Notes: generated by a model not told the origin, from the sequence alone. 64,000 nt of DNA from an uncultured delta proteobacterium (GCA_963808235.1 CAWEEQ010000004.1:1088001-1152000); one strand, 5' to 3'. Counted from the stretch's first letter, positions 11,315-19,705 are shown. Translations and numbers: made by a program.

Positions 11315-11370
11315 CGTAAGTGGTAGAGGCCGATCGCCAAGCGCTCGTCCTCAGTCCCTCAAATCTACTG

Positions 11371-11384
11371 AATGAACGTTCATT
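11371..11384. promoter_or_regulatory. putative TetR operator
   Basis: Perfect 14-bp palindrome AATGAACGTTCATT about 57 bp upstream of the tetR start. Confidence 0.6.
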
Positions 11385-11478
11385 TGTCCAGAGGCTTGCC
11401 TCTCCCGCCGGGAGAGGCAAGATTCCCTCTTCACACAACCTTCTAACAGGCGCTCCGCGCCGCATCCTCTTCCTGAAT

Positions 11479-11535
11479 ACTGGGTGCAGGGGTCACCCCT
11501 GCCGAAGGAAGTGTGAAACCCACCGCGGGTTTCAC
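11479..11535. repeat. REP-like family B (ACTGGGTGCAGGGGTCACCCCTGCCG plus a GAAACCC..GGGTTTC hairpin)
   Basis: 26-bp exact match at 46470-46495, also followed by a similar hairpin at 46551-46573. Confidence 0.8.
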
Positions 11536-11608
11536 ATTAAATCAAGTTGTCCCATTCCCTCTCTCCTGCGTTTCTCCCCCGCCGCATCCTTCTTATATGC
11601 TCACCGCT

Positions 11609-12055
11609 ATGCCCGAGAATTTCCAAAAAGAGAGCACTCTCGATCGATTCTTCAACCGCCTGATGGGCCGCCTGCTGCGCCTCGGATTCGCCCCCGGATA
11701 CATGCGACTGCTCGAAGTCCGCGGCAGAAAATCCGGCAAGCTCTTCACCACCCCGGTTAACCTGCTCGAATTCAACGGACGCCGCATCCTCGTCGCCGCT
11801 CGCGGTGAGACCGCATGGGCTCGCAATGCGCGCGCGGCCGGCCGCGTCACTCTCCGCCGCGGCGCCAGTGCTGAATCGCTCACGGTGCGCGAACTCGCCG
11901 ACGCCGACAAGCCCGAAGTCATCAAGGCGTTCCTCGATCGCTTCGCGTCGCAAGTCCAGCGCTTTTTCGAGGTGAAGGCAGGTTCCCCCGCCGCCGATTT
12001 TCGCGCGGTCTGCTCGCGCACTCCGGTATTTGAACTAGTCGCCGACTCCTCCTAA
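11609..12055 (+). CDS. nitroreductase family deazaflavin (F420)-dependent oxidoreductase (DDN-like)
   Basis: LLEVRGRKSGKLFTTPV, W.RNARA.G.V, PVFEL. Confidence 0.85.
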   Translation: MPENFQKESTLDRFFNRLMGRLLRLGFAPGYMRLLEVRGRKSGKLFTTPVNLLEFNGRRILVAARGETAWARNARAAGRVTLRRGASAESLTVRELADADKPEVIKAFLDRFASQVQRFFEVKAGSPAADFRAVCSRTPVFELVADSS

Positions 12056-12058
12056 TAG

Positions 12059-12110
12059 CCTCTCCCTGACAGGGAGAGGTCGCCGCTCGTCTTCGAGCGG
12101 CGGGTGAGGG
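12059..12110. repeat. REP-like family C (CCTCTCCC..GGGAGAGG..GGGTGAGGG double hairpin)
   Basis: Related copies at 11395-11421, 33320-33362 and 43936-43986. Confidence 0.7.
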
Positions 12111-12159
12111 TCCAAATTCCAAATTCCGCGCAAAGCCCGAAGTCACGAAAAGCTCTCTG

Positions 12160-13464
12160 ATGCCAGAAAACCCCGCGCCCGGCACTTCCGACGATCCCAA
12201 TTACGCGATCGCCGCCGCAAAGCGTGAGCGCGCGACGATGCTCGCGTTACTCGCGATGCTCTTCTACCAGGGCTTCGCTGTCTCCATCGACGCGATCGCC
12301 GCAACCTGGATCGGCAAAAGCTTCAACCTCGACGGCGCCGGAATCGCCCGCCTGTTCGCGTGGATTTCCGTCTCGTCTCTCGGTGCGCTCGCGCTCTCCC
12401 GCATGATCGATCGATTCGGCCGCCGCCGCATGATCCTGTGGTGCATCGCCGCGATGCCGCTATGCAGCCTCGCCTCCGCCGCCGCGACCAACCTGATCGT
12501 CTTCACCTCGTTCCAAATCGCACTCTTCGCGTTCGTCGGCGCCGCCGGCGCGGGATGCATCGTGATGCTCTCCGAGGAACTCCCGATCGCACGCCGCGCA
12601 CAGGGGCAAAGCTTCGGCGGGCTGGCAGCCTCGATAGGAGCCGGAGTCTGCGTATTCCTGATGCCGATCTTCGTCGCCTACGGATGGTCGTGGCGATGGA
12701 TGTTCGTCATCTCCGCTGCGGGAATCGCGATGCTTCCCGCGATGGCCCGCCTGCTGCCCGAGAGCGAGCGATGGGAGCGTTCAGACGCCGCGGGTCACAC
12801 CAGCCGCACGAACTTTTACGACGTCTTTCAGCCGCTTTACCGCAAACGATCGATCACGATGATCCTATGCTCGCTGGCCGCCGCGATCTCGACCACCGCC
12901 GCCAACGCATTCGGCTACTACCACGCGGTTTCGGTGGTAGGCCTGTCAGCAGCAGCTACTAGCACTATGACGATCGTAGCAGGCGGAATAGCCTTGGCAG
13001 GTTTTCCACTAGGCGCATGGACCGCGGAAAGATTCGGCCGCGTGCCGACGGTAGTCAGCTTCGGCATCTTAATCACCGCCGGCCACCTATGGTTCTACTG
13101 GGGACCGCCAACACACTTCGCGTGGCCGCTGATGTGGCTGGCGACCGGCTACTTCTGGTTCAACCTATGCGACAACGGCGCAACGGTAGCGAGTAACGCC
13201 GCCGCCACGGAGCTATTTCCAACCGCACTAAGAGGCACGATGATAGGATGGTTCGCACTGGTAGGTGCCATAGGCGCCATATTATCCAACGCAGCAGTAG
13301 CTATGCTGGCCAACGCGGTGGGCGGTCTATCGATCGTAGTAGGCGCGCTATCTATAGTGGGAATCCCCGCAGCAATCCTGTTCGGCATGGTGATCGAAGA
13401 AACCCGCGGCCTAACCTTAGAGATGGCCTCCAAAGAATCCGAGTTCCACCCCCCAGAACAATAA
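12160..13464 (+). CDS. MFS transporter
   Basis: About 12 hydrophobic segments; IDRFGRRR and AERFGR loop motifs; ELFPTALRG. Confidence 0.92.
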   Translation: MPENPAPGTSDDPNYAIAAAKRERATMLALLAMLFYQGFAVSIDAIAATWIGKSFNLDGAGIARLFAWISVSSLGALALSRMIDRFGRRRMILWCIAAMPLCSLASAAATNLIVFTSFQIALFAFVGAAGAGCIVMLSEELPIARRAQGQSFGGLAASIGAGVCVFLMPIFVAYGWSWRWMFVISAAGIAMLPAMARLLPESERWERSDAAGHTSRTNFYDVFQPLYRKRSITMILCSLAAAISTTAANAFGYYHAVSVVGLSAAATSTMTIVAGGIALAGFPLGAWTAERFGRVPTVVSFGILITAGHLWFYWGPPTHFAWPLMWLATGYFWFNLCDNGATVASNAAATELFPTALRGTMIGWFALVGAIGAILSNAAVAMLANAVGGLSIVVGALSIVGIPAAILFGMVIEETRGLTLEMASKESEFHPPEQ

Positions 13465-13504
13465 CGATTTTCGCGTCACTTTGAGAGTTTGTGTCGCTCT
13501 GAGT

Positions 13505-13930
13505 TTGTCGCGTCATTCTGAGTCTTTGTGTCATTCTGGAGTCTTTGTGTCATTCTGAGCAAAGCGAAGAATCCCGGATCTTTCTCAACGTCGATCACCA
13601 CCACACCTAGCGAACGTCAACCGCCACCTCCTAACCGACAACCATAACGCGATTGTTCCCCTTCCCACATGGGAAGGGGATTAGGGGTTGGGTTCCGCGC
13701 CTCGCTCTTTGTGTCATCCCGAGCGTAGCCGAGGGACCCCGAATCTTTCTCGGCTCGGATACGTTCACCTCAGCTTAGGGCTCGCGGAGCCGACTCGCTT
13801 TGAAACTAATTTGAATTGTGTAATCCCGAGCGCAGTCTGCTAAGTCGAGAAAGCAAACTACGATTGTTCCGCTTCTCTCGAGGGAAGGGGTTAGGGGTTA
13901 GGCTCCGCGCCTCGCCCTTCGGGGTGAGGG
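13505..13930. repeat. cluster of REP-like elements and short tandem repeats
   Basis: About three ~19-bp tandem units (tctttgt)gtcattctg(g)ag; TGTCATYCYGAGC..AGC elements at ~13548, ~13712 and ~13817; family D hairpins at 13648-13705 and 13860-13916. Confidence 0.75.
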
Positions 13931-13970
13931 CGCACCCATCCAACTCGATGACGAAAAACCTCACCGCACC

Positions 13971-14534
13971 TCACTCTACACCGCTCGGCGCAGTCGCGGT
14001 CGATGTCGCAGAGGACACAGGGGTTGCGAGGCCTGCCGGAGTGGGGCTCGCCGATGGAACCGGCGTGGACGCGAGAGTCGCCGCCGGCGATGGACTCGCG
14101 GCCTCCGGCGATGGCGTCGGGGTTGGGGTTGCGGACGCCGATGCACTCTGCGGGGTCACGCTCAACAGCGCATCATTCTGGTAGCAGAACCATACCTGCT
14201 TCTTTTCGTTTCTGGTGACGGACTCGGTGGGCGACAGGACGATCTCTGCCAGTCCTATCGTGAAAACATCGGCGGCGAGTTCGGCCACCGCGATTGGCGC
14301 CTTGCCCGCATAGCCGTAGCCGGTGATGTAAAGCAGGTACAAATCGCAGCTCGTGCCGCCGGCGCCGATGCTGGTGGTAACGGGCGTACCCAGCTGATCC
14401 GTGACCGACGCTCGGCTGTCACCGGGATTGAACTTCTGCAGATCGATAGGTGATGGACGCGTCGCCTCCATGTATACGGAGCATCCGGAGAGCACGCACA
14501 AGAGCAGGACGATGTACTTGAGACGCAAACCCAT
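13971..14534 (-). CDS. putative lipoprotein with a Pro/Ala/Ser/Thr-rich tail
   Basis: Signal peptide with lipobox LSGC. Confidence 0.75.
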   Translation of the reverse strand: MGLRLKYIVLLLCVLSGCSVYMEATRPSPIDLQKFNPGDSRASVTDQLGTPVTTSIGAGGTSCDLYLLYITGYGYAGKAPIAVAELAADVFTIGLAEIVLSPTESVTRNEKKQVWFCYQNDALLSVTPQSASASATPTPTPSPEAASPSPAATLASTPVPSASPTPAGLATPVSSATSTATAPSGVE

Positions 14535-14559
14535 ATCCGCAAAACCCCTCTCTACTGGA

Positions 14560-14853
14560 CTACTGGACACTCAAGTACGGCGGCGCGGCGGAGCCGTCGT
14601 CCGGGACGGTGCCGACGCAAACATAGGAGGGAACATAGCCGAAGCTGAAGATAGTCAGCATGAGCTGCCGGCTGTGCTCCACCATCTTGACGTTCGCATG
14701 CGCGAGCTCATCCAGTCGCGATTGGCATCCGTCGAGACCGTAGGCGGCAGCAGTTACGATCTTCTGATGATTGACCGGATCGTTCCGGACCCCTTCCCAC
14801 GCGCTGCATCCATTCAAACAGAACAGCGCAAGAGACAGGGCTAGCACTCGCAT
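14560..14853 (-). CDS. putative small lipoprotein
   Basis: MRVLALSLALFCLNGC lipobox; co-oriented with 13971..14534. Confidence 0.65.
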   Translation of the reverse strand: MRVLALSLALFCLNGCSAWEGVRNDPVNHQKIVTAAAYGLDGCQSRLDELAHANVKMVEHSRQLMLTIFSFGYVPSYVCVGTVPDDGSAAPPYLSVQ

Positions 14854-15012
14854 GTCCGCAACAGGTTGCCACGGCGATAAACCCAAGACAACACCCGCGC
14901 CCGCGCTTCCGCACGAACACACTACGATTGTTCCCCTTCCCTCAAGGGAAAGGGAAGTATAACGAACTTGACACCAGCCCGCCAACGCGCAATAGTTCGC
15001 CGCTAAGGGGAA

Positions 15013-15459
15013 GTGTATAGTCCTGAGAAGGACGATGCACGAATTGCTCAAAAAGTGCCTACGCAGAAGTACGCCGCGCAGCTGGCCGGTGTTAAGAATT
15101 GTCCGCCCAACACCGCGCGGCCCATTCAACGACGCGCGTTCCGTTGGGTCTCCAATCCGATCGATGACTGGAGCTTTAGCACGCCGGCGCGGCGCTTTCC
15201 CGACCGATTTCCAAGCCCGTGCTGTGCTCCGCACGCACTGTCCATGTTCGAGTCCGCAGATCAGGCCCGAGCCGAATATGCAAGACAGCGCGAGAAGAAT
15301 AAAAAGATCGGCGAAGAGTTGGGAAGTCACTTAGCCGAAGTGTCGCTCACAGTCGCTGACGGCGTTCAAACAAAATCGAACGCTAGAGGTCACTTCGCTA
15401 TCCATGAGTATGCGGGCGTTAACCTGAAGACGGCAGCTGTGCTGATAGGGCCATTGTGA
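15013..15459 (+). CDS. hypothetical cargo protein (possible ADP-ribosyltransferase-like R-S-H fold); start may be GTG 15055
   Basis: AFRWV, ALSMF and GHF motifs; stop overlaps the next start (GTGA). Confidence 0.6.
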   Translation: MYSPEKDDARIAQKVPTQKYAAQLAGVKNCPPNTARPIQRRAFRWVSNPIDDWSFSTPARRFPDRFPSPCCAPHALSMFESADQARAEYARQREKNKKIGEELGSHLAEVSLTVADGVQTKSNARGHFAIHEYAGVNLKTAAVLIGPL

Positions 15460-16454
15460 TCGACCTTCGAGAAATTCCCGAAGCCAGAGATGTAGGGGCG
15501 CTGCCCGTGACTTTGGTGCATGTGCGCAACTTGGAAGAGTTTGATGGCCCAAGGCTTGTCCAGTTCAAAAGTTCTCTCGGCGACACTTTTCTGTATCATT
15601 GGTGCGATTTCGACAGGGATCATCGAATGTCTAGATGGATGGTGCTACGCACGCCGCCTCAGAACATAGCTCGGTATCTCGTCAAGGCAATCACACTCAG
15701 AGACCTCATCATCAACTGTCAAGATGGGTTCGTGTATTTAATCGATGTAGATGCGGAGAACCGCACACGTGGCACATTCTTCTTGGGCACGGCCAGTTTG
15801 CCTGATGACTATGTTCCGACCGAGAGATCATACTATGACGCAGAAGCAGAATTATCCACGGAAGCTGAGCAACAGGACATCTTCATAAACGACGATCTAG
15901 CTGTCCAGAAAGTATGGGAAATTCGGCGGAAATACTCTCAGACCTACAATTTTCTTGCCTTGTTTGGTCCTAATGGGCGACCTCAAGAATTACCTAATGA
16001 GAAAATCAGATATAAGATGAAAGGCGGTTGGGTGCGGCATACTCTGTTTTCGGTGTTGGCCAGCTACGTAAAAACAGAAATGCGAGTGTCGTTGGCCGAA
16101 GTTGCAGCAGCTTCTCCTGGGTACGTGCGCTTTCGCGTCCAACCACGGATAGCTTCGGACCTGCGCGATGCTATCACGGACTATCGGAAACCGGACACAC
16201 GTAGGCAGAGTGAACGAACAGCCGAACTACTCAAGGAGTGGCTCAGAGAGAACGAAAAAGGAATGAGCGCGACGTCAGCTCGCAGGCTGTTCCATGAACT
16301 GTGTGCTCCATTCGGGATAAAAAGTGAAAGTTTGCTCGATCACGCAGACATGGACGTAGCGATTAACACGGTGACTGGTTACTTTAATCGGTTAGCCTAT
16401 TTCGACTCCGAAGAGACCGAGCAATCCAGTATGCTTGTAGGTCTGAAGCGCTAG
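15456..16454 (+). CDS. hypothetical cargo protein with a DUF6575-like N-terminal domain
   Basis: FDGPRL..F...G..FLY.W.D...RW......ITLRD...LP.DYVP pattern; 332-aa ORF. Confidence 0.65.
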   Translation: MIDLREIPEARDVGALPVTLVHVRNLEEFDGPRLVQFKSSLGDTFLYHWCDFDRDHRMSRWMVLRTPPQNIARYLVKAITLRDLIINCQDGFVYLIDVDAENRTRGTFFLGTASLPDDYVPTERSYYDAEAELSTEAEQQDIFINDDLAVQKVWEIRRKYSQTYNFLALFGPNGRPQELPNEKIRYKMKGGWVRHTLFSVLASYVKTEMRVSLAEVAAASPGYVRFRVQPRIASDLRDAITDYRKPDTRRQSERTAELLKEWLRENEKGMSATSARRLFHELCAPFGIKSESLLDHADMDVAINTVTGYFNRLAYFDSEETEQSSMLVGLKR

Positions 16455-16591
16455 CGCTTCTTTCGGCGCTTCGCACGCTTCTTTCGTTTTGCTGGATTGA
16501 CCGGCGGAGTCTTGAGCATCCGCGTCAGCACTTCCTCGAAGCTCAGAGGATGCGTAACGACCGGCTTGTCATCTTCTTCTTTTTTTGGCAT
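16451..16591 (-). CDS. small basic protein (46 aa) downstream of the transposase
   Basis: Manual translation MPKKEEDDKPVVTHPLSFEEVLTRMLKTPPVNPAKRKKRAKRRKKR; below the ORF-track cutoff; GAGGTGG-type RBS. Confidence 0.55.
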   Translation of the reverse strand: MPKKEEDDKPVVTHPLSFEEVLTRMLKTPPVNPAKRKKRAKRRKKR

Positions 16592-16678
16592 TCAACCACC
16601 TCTGCCGCCGCATAAATCCAAACTCCAATTGTTTCGGACTGGACGCATGATGCAGAAGCGCCCGCCAGTTCGGACGCC

Positions 16679-17608
16679 TCAGCATCCTCTTAGAGCCGAG
16701 ATGAAAATGTCGGGATCTTTGCGATGATTGAACCGCCACTGAAATTCGTTCAGATACAGCGGCAGATATTTCTTGCTGACGTTGTGATAGGTGCCGATGA
16801 TCCCACGTTTCAGTAACGCCCAAAAGGAATCAATGCTTTGCGTATGAATCTCGCCGCGTACGTATTCTCCTTGACTATGAGAAACCACTTGATGCGGGTA
16901 GGGCGCCCACTTGAGATAACGATAGCCGGAGTGTTCATCGGTCGCGATTAGGTCAACCTTGCTGCTGACGGTTTTCGTTACGAACTTCGTTAGCGTCTCT
17001 GTGTCGGTATTCTCGATCATCTTGCAGACAACGTTGCCTTTGCGGGAGATCGCGCCGATGACAGGAATCTTGCCAGCGGTGCCGCTTCCGCTCTGCTTCT
17101 TATCCCAATGGCGGTTTTTGTTCTTTCCGCCGATGTAGGTTTCGTCAACTTCAACCTGACCCATGAGCGGGCCAAACTCTGGATTGTCGAGCATCGCGCG
17201 CACGCGATGGCAGATGTAGAAAGCAGTCTTGTACGCGGTCGGGCGTCCGCTCTCTGTGAGCATCCGCTGAACCTGCATCGCGCTCATTCCCTTTTTGCTC
17301 TGGCAAATCAGATAGATGACTTCAAACCAGACTGGCAGCGGATAGTTCGTATTCTCGAAGACTGTGCCGACCAACGGCGAGAAGCGATAGCCCTGCTTCT
17401 TGCAAATCTTCACTTCGCCCGTCTGCTTGTCGATTGTCTCCGCGCCACTCTTGCAGACCCAATTCCACGCGCGATGTTTGATCTTGAAAACCTTGTCGGT
17501 TCCGCATCGCGGGCATCGAACACCGTCCGGCCAGCGCAAACTGACCAGCAACGCCATGCACTTGTCTTGGGTGTCGAACTGCTTGTGAATCTGTTGAAGG
17601 CTAATCAT
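16679..17608 (-). CDS. IS1595 family transposase
   Basis: RWPDGVRCPRC Zn ribbon; VEVDETYIGG, TDEHSGY, HTQSIDSFWALLKRGIIGTYH, YLNEFQWRFN. Confidence 0.96.
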   Translation of the reverse strand: MISLQQIHKQFDTQDKCMALLVSLRWPDGVRCPRCGTDKVFKIKHRAWNWVCKSGAETIDKQTGEVKICKKQGYRFSPLVGTVFENTNYPLPVWFEVIYLICQSKKGMSAMQVQRMLTESGRPTAYKTAFYICHRVRAMLDNPEFGPLMGQVEVDETYIGGKNKNRHWDKKQSGSGTAGKIPVIGAISRKGNVVCKMIENTDTETLTKFVTKTVSSKVDLIATDEHSGYRYLKWAPYPHQVVSHSQGEYVRGEIHTQSIDSFWALLKRGIIGTYHNVSKKYLPLYLNEFQWRFNHRKDPDIFISALRGC

Positions 17609-17650
17609 AAACGGACTTTACACCAAATACCGGACGGGTGTCAAGTCCGT

Positions 17651-18250
17651 TTACAGAGGTCCAGTGTAGCCGAAACAGAGACGTGCGGCCATCCTATTCA
17701 GATTGTCGGTCGCGTTATTCGCAGTATTGAGCGCATCGTTGTGCGCTGTTGTTCCTCTGGTTGCGCTCTCAGCGTCAGCAGCACGGTCGTATAATTGTTG
17801 TGCTCCGAGCAGGTCGCTACAATCTTGTTGGGGAATCTTTGCGCAGTTTATAGACGGGCACGCAAAAGATGGGCACGCTGAGGGAACTGGCGAAGCCATG
17901 ATTACTGTGGGTCGCGGTTGCTGTTGCTTGATTCGTTTCAGTCTCGCGTTCTCGGTTCTCAATTGAGCGTTTTCTGTCTTGAGTGCCGTCACTTCCATTG
18001 AGTTGATCGGCAATGGTTGTCCCTGTTCGTGAATTACTATCGTCTTCGGCGCAAAATATGGCGCGAACTTCGGAACGGACATCACAGTGAACACGGCAAC
18101 TCCGAAACAAAGCAGAAGAATATCCGGCCACCTCATGACCGCGTACCACTTCTGGAAAAAGCGGATGATCCATCCGCCATACATGACGACCAACGCTGGA
18201 ATATAGAGAACGTTGGCGACTTCCGACCAGCGCGAGATAAAATCGGGCAT
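17651..18250 (-). CDS. hypothetical membrane protein (2 TM, coiled coil, Cys-containing C-terminus), transposon cargo
   Basis: 199-aa ORF inside the TIRs; hydrophobic N-terminus; LKTENAQLRTENARLK coiled coil. Confidence 0.6.
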   Translation of the reverse strand: MPDFISRWSEVANVLYIPALVVMYGGWIIRFFQKWYAVMRWPDILLLCFGVAVFTVMSVPKFAPYFAPKTIVIHEQGQPLPINSMEVTALKTENAQLRTENARLKRIKQQQPRPTVIMASPVPSACPSFACPSINCAKIPQQDCSDLLGAQQLYDRAADAESATRGTTAHNDALNTANNATDNLNRMAARLCFGYTGPL

Positions 18251-18389
18251 GGCCGGAGTATCACCACGGGTTTACATGGTGTCAAGTTCGTTATACTTCC
18301 CAAGGGAAAGGGGTTAGGGGTTAGGTTTTCGCGGCGCAAGCAAACTTCGCTACCGCCTCTGAGGCGCTATTGTGGCGCGACTTGATGGG

Positions 18390-18842
18390 TTACCTGCGCC
18401 GTAGCACGTGTCTCTTGTGACTCTCGCCGGTCCATTCGATAACCAGTGTCTGCCGCAACAGATACGCGGTATCGGGCTTCGACATCTCGGCGGCAAGCCA
18501 GTTCTTTATCATCGGAAGCACGTCCACCCGGAACTCCTCGGCGGCTTCCGCCGAATAGTCACTCCGACGGACAGGATAAAGGTACAGCTCGGCGCTGCGG
18601 GAGCCGTATAAAACGCCCCGATCGGAAACTCGGTAGTCCATCAAGTTGAGTGCGGCAACGACGGGTCCGGAAAACTTTGGCTGTGGAGAATATCGGGTAT
18701 TCCACCTAAGCGTGATGAAAGATCGTTTCGGTCGGCCAAATCCGACCCAGCCAAGATCGGGCGCCGCGAACGCCGAGCGAACGTCGCGTTCTGAACACGC
18801 AAAGCGCTCGGTCTTTTGAGGTCTGATCGCGCTGATCCGCAC
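18390..18842 (-). CDS. hypothetical protein
   Basis: 150-aa ORF with plausible composition; no recognised family. Confidence 0.5.
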   Translation of the reverse strand: MRISAIRPQKTERFACSERDVRSAFAAPDLGWVGFGRPKRSFITLRWNTRYSPQPKFSGPVVAALNLMDYRVSDRGVLYGSRSAELYLYPVRRSDYSAEAAEEFRVDVLPMIKNWLAAEMSKPDTAYLLRQTLVIEWTGESHKRHVLRRR

Positions 18843-19234
18843 CGGTCATCTCGCAAACGTTCTATCTAATGCACCGAGCGCGATGCGTGAGGTTTCGCAT
18901 TCCGTTTCCGCTGCACGCGCCACCGACCATTAGCAACCGTAATCTTCCAGATAGCCACGAAAGTTCAGGGCTGAACAGTTCAGCCTTACGCAAAACAGGA
19001 CCGCTTGGGACTATGGCTATGTGCATCTGCAAGAAACATCCAACACGCCCAATCTAGCCGACCCAGTACGCTACCCGGCACAGTGGCAAGACGCGGTCGC
19101 ACTCATTTCTACTGAACTATTGAACGTCTCGCCCCAAGGGTTTCACATCGGAACCTCAGCAATCAGCATGGTTTCGGAACAATCATCCGAAATTCCAGCA
19201 CTCCAACTCAGAGCCGGATTCGCAATGATGGCAA

Positions 19235-19705
19235 CTAACGGCAAGCTAGCTGAATTTCGCCAAATTCCTTTTTTTCGGGATCCCACGCGAACGCAGCCGC
19301 GCGCACAAACTTCCCTGATCGAACCGACATCACAATATAAACGGTGTCCGGATAGTCCGGCTCGCTCGGATCAAACGAACAAGCCTGCGCCCGATCTGTC
19401 GCCGAGAAATACGCGTCATGATCGGGATGCGAGTGATAGACGACGCGAAGCTCGAGTTTGCGCCGATCGACTTCGTTCATTACCGCCAGATGCTCCCGCG
19501 GCTCCATCAGGAATGCGGTCCGCGCGTCGCGCGGGAACGCGGCGGGATCCTCGGCATGATTGCGATTCTGGATATTCGTTATCGGGCGGACTTCCTCGGT
19601 CGTCGCGTCGCCGATTACGAAGCCGCAGCACTCGAATGGAAACTCGCGTTCGGCCTGTGCGATCATCGCATCCATGCTCGCGCGGCTTATCGACGCTTCT
19701 TTCAC
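19235..19705 (-). CDS. Mov34/MPN/JAB family metallo-isopeptidase (Mec-like)
   Basis: P.ECCG and JAMM motif YHSHPD....FS.TD. Confidence 0.9.
   Translation of the reverse strand: MKEASISRASMDAMIAQAEREFPFECCGFVIGDATTEEVRPITNIQNRNHAEDPAAFPRDARTAFLMEPREHLAVMNEVDRRKLELRVVYHSHPDHDAYFSATDRAQACSFDPSEPDYPDTVYIVMSVRSGKFVRAAAFAWDPEKKEFGEIQLACR

Larger units (their letters stand above)
14952..18301 (-). mobile_element. IS1595-family transposon with passenger genes (3350 bp)
   Basis: Perfect 25-bp TIRs GGGAAGTATAACGAACTTGACACCA (14952-14976 and 18277-18301); 8-bp TSD AAGGGAAA (14944-14951 and 18302-18309); internal IS1595 transposase; lower GC. Confidence 0.95.

Noticed and set aside
13505-13560. Short direct repeats as a CRISPR array
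   Set aside because: The ~19-bp units are contiguous with no unique spacers, and no cas genes are in the window
13671-13905. TTAGGG telomere-like sequence
   Set aside because: Only one or two units, embedded in a REP-like hairpin family; no tandem array
19235-19705. JAB protein as part of a ubiquitin-like or CBASS system
   Set aside because: No E1/E2, Ubl or cyclase neighbours; it is coupled to panE and looks like a housekeeping Mec-type protein
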